Source of the DNA: Acidobacteriota bacterium | GTDB lineage: Bacteria; Acidobacteriota; Polarisedimenticolia; SMYD01 | Reading direction: 5' to 3' | Assembly: GCA_027295805.1 (NCBI GenBank) | Contig: JAPUKF010000333.1 | Span: 1-43,336 of the forward strand | DNA: 43,336 bases | Part shown: piece by piece, positions 36,823 to 43,336 of the stretch | Layout: each line of letters begins with the position of its first letter | Numbering within the stretch: the stretch's first letter is position 1 | Notes under the pieces: model-generated | The model's input: only the letters and a program-made list of their open reading frames with translations | Database searches by the model: none | Told to the model about the DNA's origin: nothing | Program-made: the position numbers and the translations under genes

Positions 36823-37800
36823 ATGCTGCGCGCCATGGCGGTCACCGGGATTCATGAAGAGAGGTGCTATTTGCCTGCGGGCAACTCCCTGCGAGCCCAT
36901 GGGGCACTGCTGGCGGTGGCGTTCATCTGGGGCGCGAGCTTTCCACTGGTCAAGAGCGCTCTGGATGACGCCAGTCCGTTGCTTTTTCTGGCGTTGCGCT
37001 TTCTGCTGGCGACATTGCTGGCGCTGCCGCTCTTCCCGGCCCTGCGCGGGCACTGGGCGCGGGGCGAACTGGCGGGAGGCATGGCTCTCGGTGTCCTGCT
37101 GGGGGTGGCCTTCACTTTGCAAACCCTGGGACTGGCGCAGACCACGCCGTCACGGTCGGCTTTTCTGACCTCTCTGTATGTTGTGTTCGTGCCGGTCCTG
37201 TCGTTGCCGGTGACGGGGCACCGGCCCCGGGCAGCCTCCTGGTGCGGCGCCATCCTGGCTCTCGGCGGCCTGGCGCTCATGACAAGAGACGGTGCCCTGT
37301 TCCGCTGGCAGCCGGGGGACCTTCTCACCCTGGGCTGCGCCCTGGCTTTCGCCCTGCATATTCTGGGCGTCGGCCTGCTCACGGCCCGACATGATTTCCG
37401 CCGTCTCTTCGTGGTTCAGATCGCCACGGCTGCCGTCCTGTTGGCCATGGCCACGCCCCTGGAAGCGGTTCGCTGGCAGCCCAGCCTGAGCCTGGCCGGT
37501 GCGGTGCTTCTCGCCGGTGGTCTGGCCACCACCCTGGCCTTTTATGTGCAGAACAGAGTCCAGAGTCGGACATCGTCATCCCGTACCGCCATCATCTTCG
37601 CCATGGAGCCGGTGTTCGCAGTTCTGGTGGTAGCCCTGCTGGCAGGTGGTCGCTGGGATCTCTCACTGCCTCAGACCCTGGGCGCGTCACTCATCGTCGC
37701 CGGCCTGATGGTTGCTGCTCTGGGGGCGCGGGTCTCAGAGCCTCAGGCGGCCCCTGGCCCGGGTGCGGGTCCCCGGCGGCGCACCACGTCCTCGCCGTAA
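36823..37800 (+). CDS. DMT-superfamily (EamA-type) transporter
   Basis: Has two EamA repeats with about 10 TM helices (AVAFIWGASFPLVKSAL ... FAMEPVFAVLV). The start is uncertain. Its 3' end overlaps imuB by 58 nt. Confidence 0.8.
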   Translation: MLRAMAVTGIHEERCYLPAGNSLRAHGALLAVAFIWGASFPLVKSALDDASPLLFLALRFLLATLLALPLFPALRGHWARGELAGGMALGVLLGVAFTLQTLGLAQTTPSRSAFLTSLYVVFVPVLSLPVTGHRPRAASWCGAILALGGLALMTRDGALFRWQPGDLLTLGCALAFALHILGVGLLTARHDFRRLFVVQIATAAVLLAMATPLEAVRWQPSLSLAGAVLLAGGLATTLAFYVQNRVQSRTSSSRTAIIFAMEPVFAVLVVALLAGGRWDLSLPQTLGASLIVAGLMVAALGARVSEPQAAPGPGAGPRRRTTSSP

Positions 37801-38918
37801 CGCTGACGGATGCAATCCAGGGCCCGGGACAGGGCCCGATCCCGGGTGCCGGGGGCATGGTGGAAAAGGGCAAGCTGCTGTTCCTGCGCACGTAGATCGG
37901 TCAGTACCAGCTCCATCCAGCGGATGCGCACCCTGCGGGCGGTGAGAGCAGCGAGGGCGGGGCATAGCCGCAGGAAAAGATCCCGGTCGCCGGCGGTGCC
38001 AGGCTCAAGACGTACGCCGCGCGCCGCGTAGCGCCCGTCGCCGCCACGCACATGCACGTGTGCCGTGGCAGCGCGACAGCCGCCGCGGCGAAGAAAGCGG
38101 CCACCTCGTTCCACCAGCAGGAAGAGAGTGGCGCGCAGGATGTCGTCGTCAAGGCTTTCCTGGGCCAGGGTTTCCTCCACGCGGATGAGCGGCTGCCGGG
38201 TCGATGGCCGCACCGGCGAATCATCCTGTCCCCGGGATTGCCGGAACAGGGTGTAGCCGTGTCGCTGGAAGGCCAGCAGCAGGCGGGACAGGGGCAGGGC
38301 CGCGATGTCCAGGATCCGGCGCAGATTGAGATCGGTCAACAGGTGCCGTCGGCGGGACTGGCGGACCGCCGGCAGAAGAGACGCCGGCAGAGGCGACAGA
38401 AAGGATGCTTCATCGCCAGGACGCACGTCGGCCAGTTCCCGTGCCGGGGTGATGCGGCAGGCCACGCCGCTGACCAGCTTGTTGCTGGACAGGCCGATGC
38501 TGCAGGGAAGGTTCAGCCGGGAGAACACCTCACGCTGGATATGGGCGGCGGTATCCCGGCTGGCTCCCAGCAAGCGGGACGTGCCCGTCAGGTCGGCGAA
38601 GATGCCGCCGGCGACAACCGGTTCAACCAGGGGCGTGTAGGCGGCGGTGAGACGGGTCAGAGCGGCTCGGGCGCACTTCTGCAGATTGGCGTCGGGCGGG
38701 ATGAGAATCAGGCGCCGGCAGAGAGCGCGCGCCTCGGAAAGACACATACCGGCGCGCACGCCGTCGCCGTGGGCTTCCTGGGAGACCGCGGTGATGACGG
38801 CCCGTGCCGAGCGCCGGCTGAGGATGGCCACCGGGCGTCCCCGGAGGGAGGGGTCGTGGACCCGCTGCACCGACACGGGGAAGGTGGTGACCTGCAGATG
38901 GAGAATGCGCCGTTCCAT
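37743..38918 (-). CDS. imuB: ImuB-like catalytically inactive Y-family polymerase
   Basis: Has the Y-family fold signature (ILHLQVTTFPVSVQRV..P.LRGRPVAI, MCLSEARALCP-like). The catalytic acidic residues are replaced: HLQVTT instead of HxDxDAFF, and IFADLTG instead of S.DE..LD. Confidence 0.75.
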   Translation of the reverse strand: MERRILHLQVTTFPVSVQRVHDPSLRGRPVAILSRRSARAVITAVSQEAHGDGVRAGMCLSEARALCRRLILIPPDANLQKCARAALTRLTAAYTPLVEPVVAGGIFADLTGTSRLLGASRDTAAHIQREVFSRLNLPCSIGLSSNKLVSGVACRITPARELADVRPGDEASFLSPLPASLLPAVRQSRRRHLLTDLNLRRILDIAALPLSRLLLAFQRHGYTLFRQSRGQDDSPVRPSTRQPLIRVEETLAQESLDDDILRATLFLLVERGGRFLRRGGCRAATAHVHVRGGDGRYAARGVRLEPGTAGDRDLFLRLCPALAALTARRVRIRWMELVLTDLRAQEQQLALFHHAPGTRDRALSRALDCIRQRYGEDVVRRRGPAPGPGAA

Positions 38919-38963
38919 TTCTGTTCTGACTCGTTGCCGGATTGATGGGGCAGGAAAACAGGA

Positions 38964-38985
38964 TATACGTATAAAAAACGAAAGT
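38964..38985 (-). promoter_or_regulatory. AT-rich element upstream of imuB that shares a motif with the dnaE2 upstream region
   Basis: On the plus strand, the palindrome TATACGTATA (38964-73) overlaps GTATAAAAAACGAAAGT (38969-85). Compare GTATAACGAAAGT at 36703-15. On the coding strand, TTGACT precedes ACTTTCGTT. Confidence 0.4.
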
Positions 38986-39053
38986 CAAATTGTGCGCTGC
39001 GCGGGTGATGAAAGCGGAGGCGAAGCCGGGCCAAGGGAATCCGGAACCGCGGC

Positions 39054-39467
39054 TCAGAGACGGTAGAGCAGCCAGTAGACGGTGACGCCGGTGACCGAGA
39101 CGTACAGCCAGATGGGCAGGGTCCAGCGGGCCAGGCGGCGGTGCCTTGCGCGCTGGTCGCGCAGGGCGGCCACGACGGTGAGAATGGCCAGGGGGGGAAC
39201 GATGGCCGCCAGCAGGGTATGACTGATGAGGATGCTGAAGTAAGTGGTGCGGATGGCGCCAGAACCTGCGAACGGAGTGGAGCCGTGGATGGCGTGATAG
39301 GTGAGGTAGCTCACCAGGAACAGGGTGGAGGTGGTGAAAGCCGCGATCATGCAGACCCGGTGGCTGCGTTCACGCCCGGCGCGGATGAAGCCGTAGCCCA
39401 GGAGGAGCAGGATGCCGCTGAGCGCATTGAGTGCTGCGTTGAGCGCCGGGAGATGGGTGACGGTCAC
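39054..39467 (-). CDS. DUF420-family (CtaM-like) membrane protein
   Basis: The 137-aa protein has 4 TM helices (LNAALNALSGILLLLGY, H..CM.AAF..S.LFL.SYL.YH, Y..IL.SH..LA). Its GTG start overlaps the permease stop as GTGA. The ORF-track N-terminus is an alternate-frame artefact region. Confidence 0.75.
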   Translation of the reverse strand: MTVTHLPALNAALNALSGILLLLGYGFIRAGRERSHRVCMIAAFTTSTLFLVSYLTYHAIHGSTPFAGSGAIRTTYFSILISHTLLAAIVPPLAILTVVAALRDQRARHRRLARWTLPIWLYVSVTGVTVYWLLYRL

Positions 39468-40270
39468 TTCCCGGGACCGCCGGCCCGGGTGCGCACCAGC
39501 AGGACGGCGGTGGCCAGGGTGGCGGCGGCGAAGAACGCTGTGATGCCCAGGGACAGGGTCAGGCTCGGGTCGCCCGGCGCGGCGGGAGCGCCAAGGGCCA
39601 GGCGCACGGCGCGCACACCATAGGTCAGCGGATTGAGTTCCATGATCAGTCGCAACCAGGGCGCCGTTCCCGCCAGCGGGAAAAAGGCGCCGCTGAGGAG
39701 CCACATGGGGAGCAGGAACAGGTTCATGACCATGTGAAAGCCCTGTGTGGAATCCATGCGCCAGGCCATGCAGAAGCCGATGCCGGTCAGCGCCAGGCCG
39801 ATCCCGGCCAGGGCCAGGAGCGTGAGAAGGATGCTGCTGACGGTGAGGGGCAGGCCCGCCAGCGGCGCCGCCAGGAGGACCAGGCCCGCTTCGCCCAGGG
39901 CCAGGGCCGTGGCGCCGAAGACCTTACCCAGGACGATGGCCAGGCGTGGCACCGGTGAGGCGAGAACCGCCTGCAGGAATCCGGCCTGGCGATCTTCGAT
40001 GATGGAGATGGTTGAAAAGACGGCCGTGAACAGGATCACCAGAACAAGGATGCCGGGGAAGGACCAAGTCAGATAGTCGCTTCCCGCGGCGGCACCGGGC
40101 ACCTGAAAGGAGGCGCGAAAGCCTGTGCCCAGCAGGATCCAGAAAAGCAGCGGCTGCAGGGCTGAACTGATCAGGCGGCTGCGCTGGCGCACAAAACGCA
40201 GGATTTCCCGCTCCAGGAGGGAGATGACCGGCCCCACGAGGCCGGGGCGGGCTGCCAGGGTACCGTTCAT
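39464..40270 (-). CDS. ABC-2-type transporter permease
   Basis: The 268-aa ORF has 6 TM helices and an N-terminus typical of ABC-2 exporters (REILRFVRQRSRLISSALQPLLFW). Its ATGA overlaps the ATPase gene. Confidence 0.8.
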   Translation of the reverse strand: MNGTLAARPGLVGPVISLLEREILRFVRQRSRLISSALQPLLFWILLGTGFRASFQVPGAAAGSDYLTWSFPGILVLVILFTAVFSTISIIEDRQAGFLQAVLASPVPRLAIVLGKVFGATALALGEAGLVLLAAPLAGLPLTVSSILLTLLALAGIGLALTGIGFCMAWRMDSTQGFHMVMNLFLLPMWLLSGAFFPLAGTAPWLRLIMELNPLTYGVRAVRLALGAPAAPGDPSLTLSLGITAFFAAATLATAVLLVRTRAGGPGK

Positions 40271-41229
40271 GAGGGTTCTCCGGCCTGCTCGTCTTCGAAG
40301 CGGTGGCCGGTTCGCTGGACGAAGACATCCTCGAGGGTGGGAATCTGCACGGTGATCGCCGCCATCCGGGAGGCGAACGCTGAGGCCAGGCGCGGCACCA
40401 GTGCATGGCCGTCGGCGTGCTCGATGCGCACCGCTCCGTCCAGGACGCGGGCGTCGATCTTCATCTGTTCGCAGATGGCCCGTGCCAGGTCATCGGGCTT
40501 GTCGGCCCGGATGGTGACGATGGTGCCTCCCACGGCGGCGCGCAGGTTTGCCGGTGTGTCCATGGCGACCAGCCGGCCTTCGTCCAGAATAGCCAGTCGA
40601 TCACAGAACTCCCCCTCCTCCATGATGTGGGTGGTGACCATGACAGCCAGGCCGGTTTCGCCGCGCAGCTTGTCCAGGGTGCGCCAGAGGTCCCGGCGGG
40701 CGCGAGGATCCAGGCCGGCGGAAGGTTCATCCAGGAGGAGCAATCCCGGCCGGTGGAGAATTCCCCGGGCCAGATCGGCGCGGCGCTTGAGGCCTCCGGA
40801 GAGTTGTCCCACGCGTTGTCGCCGGCGATCGGAGAGCCCGAGGCTGGTCAGCAGTTCTGTGACCCGCTGGGAACGCTGGCGGCGGGGGACCCCCTGCAGG
40901 CGGGCGTGATGCCGCAGGTTCTCTTCCACGGTGAGCATATCGTCAAGAGCTGGCGACTGGAAAACAATCCCGATGCGTGAACGCACGGCATCCGGTTGTG
41001 CCGCGACATCGTACCCGAAAATCGAGGCCTGACCTGAAGCAGGGGCCAGGAGCGTGGACAGAATGCGAAAGAGAGTCGTCTTGCCGCTGCCGTTGGGCCC
41101 CAGCAAGCCGAAGAACTCACCTGGCGACACCTGGAACGAGACACGGTCCAGGGCGCGGTGCTCACCATAGGCATGGACCAGTTCCCGCACCTGGACCGGC
41201 ACCGCCGCCTGTTCAACCCCTTCCACCAT
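40267..41229 (-). CDS. ABC transporter ATP-binding protein
   Basis: Has Walker A (GPNGSGKTT), the signature LSGGLKRR and Walker B (LLLLDEPSAGLD). The ATG at 41229 shares its A with the ctaB stop (TGATG). Confidence 0.88.
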   Translation of the reverse strand: MVEGVEQAAVPVQVRELVHAYGEHRALDRVSFQVSPGEFFGLLGPNGSGKTTLFRILSTLLAPASGQASIFGYDVAAQPDAVRSRIGIVFQSPALDDMLTVEENLRHHARLQGVPRRQRSQRVTELLTSLGLSDRRRQRVGQLSGGLKRRADLARGILHRPGLLLLDEPSAGLDPRARRDLWRTLDKLRGETGLAVMVTTHIMEEGEFCDRLAILDEGRLVAMDTPANLRAAVGGTIVTIRADKPDDLARAICEQMKIDARVLDGAVRIEHADGHALVPRLASAFASRMAAITVQIPTLEDVFVQRTGHRFEDEQAGEPS

Positions 41230-42116
41230 CAGGCGCCCGTCCTGTCCATGAGGAGAAGCCCCCACAGGAGAGGCAGGTAAATGACCGAGGCCAGGAGCAG
41301 CCTGCGGGCCGCTTCCTGGGTGCGCCGCCGGGCGAAGAGGAAACCGGCGACATTCAGTCCCAGGCCGAGCAGGACGGCCCCTGTGAGATAGCTGCCGCCG
41401 GCCATCCCGAGGGCAGACGGCAGGAGGCTGACAGGCAGGAGAGCAGCGTTGTAGATAAGCACCTGCAGGGCGGTGAAACGCCCGTCGGCATCCACCACCG
41501 GCAGCATGGGCATGCCCCCGCGGCGATAGTCGTCACGATAAAGACACGCAATGGCAAGGAAGTGCGGCATCTGCCAGAGGAAGACGATGGCAAACAGGAT
41601 GAGAGCCGGTGAGGCGAGGGTGCCTGTGGCCGCGGCCCAGCCACCCACCGGTGGCAAGGCGCCGGGGATGGCGCCGACGATGGTGGCCAGAGAACTGACT
41701 TTTTTCATGGGCGTGTACACAAAGCCATAGGTGACCAAGGTCAGGCCCGCCAGGGCCGCGGTCAGAAGATTCACCGAGAGAGCGAGAATCAAGAGGCCGC
41801 CGACGCTGAGCAGGAGACCCCAGAAGAGGGCCTCGGCCGGCCGCAAGCGCCCCGCCGGCAGGGGACGGTTCTCGGTGCGTCGCATGGAGGCGTCGCTCTC
41901 GCGCTCCAGCACCTGGTTGAGGGCGCTGCTGCCTGAGGAGACCAGGGCGGTGCCGGCCAGCAGGGCGATGGCGGTCAGCCCGAAGGTGCCGCCGGCCAGG
42001 ACAAAACCCAGCAGAGCGGTCAGCACGATCAACAGGGTGATGCGGGGTTTGGTCAGTTCCAGCAGGTCCCGGGTGCTGACGCGGACCAGCGCCATGCGTG
42101 CATCCAGGACCGTCAT
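41229..42116 (-). CDS. ctaB: Protoheme IX farnesyltransferase (heme O synthase)
   Basis: UbiA-family motifs are present (LELTKPRIT.L, NQ..ERE.D..M.RT..RPLP.G, YT...K). The ATG at 42116 overlaps the ctaA stop as ATGA. The upstream 82 ORF-track residues are Pro/Gly junk. Confidence 0.88.
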   Translation of the reverse strand: MTVLDARMALVRVSTRDLLELTKPRITLLIVLTALLGFVLAGGTFGLTAIALLAGTALVSSGSSALNQVLERESDASMRRTENRPLPAGRLRPAEALFWGLLLSVGGLLILALSVNLLTAALAGLTLVTYGFVYTPMKKVSSLATIVGAIPGALPPVGGWAAATGTLASPALILFAIVFLWQMPHFLAIACLYRDDYRRGGMPMLPVVDADGRFTALQVLIYNAALLPVSLLPSALGMAGGSYLTGAVLLGLGLNVAGFLFARRRTQEAARRLLLASVIYLPLLWGLLLMDRTGA

Positions 42117-43072
42117 GCGCGGCTCCCCGAGGGGAGGATGGGGGGGTGAAGGCTGGCCACCGAGGGTGCTGGTGTGGTCTGCCGCCCGCGGCGGGCCTCG
42201 ACCGCACCCCAGATGGAAGCTCCCAGGCAGAGAGTGCCACCGAGGACGTGAAGGCTGGTGAGAATCGGGGCTTTGCCCGTCCAGATGGTGAGGCCCCCCA
42301 GGGTCACCTGCAGGGGCAGGAGCAGGGCGAGGCTTGCCGTGGGCGCCAGCAGGCGGGGACACCGCCCGGTGGCACGCATACTTGCGGCCAAAAGCGGAAT
42401 CGACAGGGCCAGGACGAGAATTGCCCCGAGACGATGGGAGAAGTGAATGATCACCGGCCAGGTCTCAAGGGGTGGCAGCAGGCGGCCGAAGGCCAGGGGA
42501 AAGTCGGGAATGGCCAGGCCGGCGCCGGAGTGGCGCATGAGAGCGCCGAGCAGCATCTGTCCGTAGAGAACAGCCGCCAGCAAAAGCCAGCCCCGCCGTA
42601 GGCCGCGTGCTGCAGGTCGCACGGGAAGAGCGCGCACATGAGCCCTGGATGTGAGGCGCCACATGAGAACGAGCCCGGCGAAGAACAGATTGGCCATGCC
42701 GGCGTGGGCCACCGACACGGCCGTGGGCAGCAGGAAGAGAACCGTCAGGCCACCCAGGGTGGCCTGCAGGAGGACGAGGCCCAGAGTCGCCGCGCTGAGA
42801 TGCCGCACCGTGGCGCGGGGTTCGGTGCGCCATGCCATGACCACCAGGAGAGTGGTCATGAGCGCGACCGCGCCGGCGATGAGACGATGGCCGTGCTCGT
42901 AAAAGACACCGCCCACCATGCGTGGAAAGAGCGTGCCGTTGGACAGGGGCCAGTCCGGCACGGCCAGGCCGGAACCGGTGCTTGTGACCATGCCGCCGGC
43001 GAATACCAGAACCGCAGTTGCCGACAATGTCAGCAGTATCAGGCCATGGAACAGAAGGCGGCCGCGGGTCAC
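42113..43072 (-). CDS. ctaA: Heme A synthase (COX15/CtaA family)
   Basis: The 319-aa, 8-TM protein has GG.V..TGSGLA.PDWP and the conserved His pairs (EHGHR, HFSHR). Its GTG start overlaps the upstream small gene as GTGA. Confidence 0.85.
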   Translation of the reverse strand: MTRGRLLFHGLILLTLSATAVLVFAGGMVTSTGSGLAVPDWPLSNGTLFPRMVGGVFYEHGHRLIAGAVALMTTLLVVMAWRTEPRATVRHLSAATLGLVLLQATLGGLTVLFLLPTAVSVAHAGMANLFFAGLVLMWRLTSRAHVRALPVRPAARGLRRGWLLLAAVLYGQMLLGALMRHSGAGLAIPDFPLAFGRLLPPLETWPVIIHFSHRLGAILVLALSIPLLAASMRATGRCPRLLAPTASLALLLPLQVTLGGLTIWTGKAPILTSLHVLGGTLCLGASIWGAVEARRGRQTTPAPSVASLHPPILPSGSRA

Positions 43073-43284
43073 AGCGCCATCCGGCCGGTCAGGATCAGGG
43101 CGCCCAGCACCACGGCCAGGAGGGCCGCCGGGACGAGTGTCCAGACCAGGCGCGCTGCAGGGCGGACGCCGGGATCCGATGTCACAGGCCGGCGCAGAAT
43201 GGTGGCCAGGGTCGCGGCGAAGAGGAGGAGAAACCCCCCCACCCCCAGAGCCGTCAGGATCAGGGCTGCCTGCGTGATGGTCAT
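43069..43284 (-). CDS. Small two-TM membrane protein at the head of the visible cta cluster
   Basis: The 71-aa ORF has two hydrophobic helices and is translationally coupled to ctaA. It could be a small oxidase subunit, but I recognise no family. Confidence 0.45.
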   Translation of the reverse strand: MTITQAALILTALGVGGFLLLFAATLATILRRPVTSDPGVRPAARLVWTLVPAALLAVVLGALILTGRMAL

Positions 43285-43336
43285 GGCCGCAGCCGGACGG
43301 GCGGTGGTGCCGGCGCGGACCCTGAATCGTGGAGAA

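Noticed and set aside
38923-38936. GTTC-N6-GTTG (coding strand CAAC-N6-GAAC) just upstream of the imuB start, as a possible alpha-proteobacterial-type LexA box.
   Set aside because: The spacing is 6 rather than 7, one half-site is imperfect, and there is no counterpart upstream of dnaE2.
1-43336. A scan for CRISPR repeats, IS elements or transposases, integrases, rRNA, riboswitch-sized leaders and long tandem repeats.
   Set aside because: I found none by eye. Apart from the small-ORF gap at 15342-15708, intergenic gaps are 135 nt or shorter. A computational repeat, Rfam and tRNA scan would be needed to exclude short or degenerate elements.

Overview
This is a GC-rich (about two-thirds G+C by eye) bacterial chromosomal window that is almost entirely densely packed housekeeping genes. 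I could not assign a phylum from sequence alone.

**Gene content, in order:**
- A co-directional block on the + strand: DAHP synthase, MBL hydrolase, carA, lipoprotein cyclophilin, RNase E/G, moaC, tatA and a sulfatase-like enzyme.
- A two-gene transsulfuration operon with a near-consensus promoter, then cutA (-).
- Phosphohexomutase, enolase, ftsB-like gene and a lipoprotein.
- A lower-GC gap holding an independently promoted 53-codon ORF, followed by a stand-alone cohesin-module protein.
- pcm and erpA, then dgt-like/queG (-), a ZIP transporter and a decayed alpha/beta-hydrolase.
- A holin-X-like/DUF3618-like membrane pair and tRNA-Ala(CGC).
- A LOG-like (TIGR00725-type) gene coupled to an SLC13 transporter (-), and a 147-aa internally duplicated protein.
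- ETF-ubiquinone oxidoreductase, then hutH-hutU-threonine dehydratase (-).
- A zinc-ribbon pseudo-receiver protein and purA.
- A split SOS-mutagenesis pair: dnaE2 and a catalytically dead Y-family imuB, separated by an opposite-strand DMT transporter.
- A six-gene translationally coupled unit (-): small membrane protein, ctaA, ctaB, ABC ATPase, ABC-2 permease and DUF420/CtaM-like protein.

**What I did not find:** no rRNA, CRISPR array, transposase, integrase or recognisable defence island. I do not see convincing evidence for a wholly new multi-gene system.

**Most worth a second look:**
- The ABC exporter embedded in the heme A/O operon.
- The shared AT-rich motif upstream of imuB and dnaE2, and the apparently leaderless dnaE2.
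- The orphan promoter-driven small ORF with a leader-peptide-like motif.
- The Zn-ribbon pseudo-receiver.
- The LOG-like/SLC13 coupling.

All functional calls rest on my reading of the translated ORFs; no database search was run.
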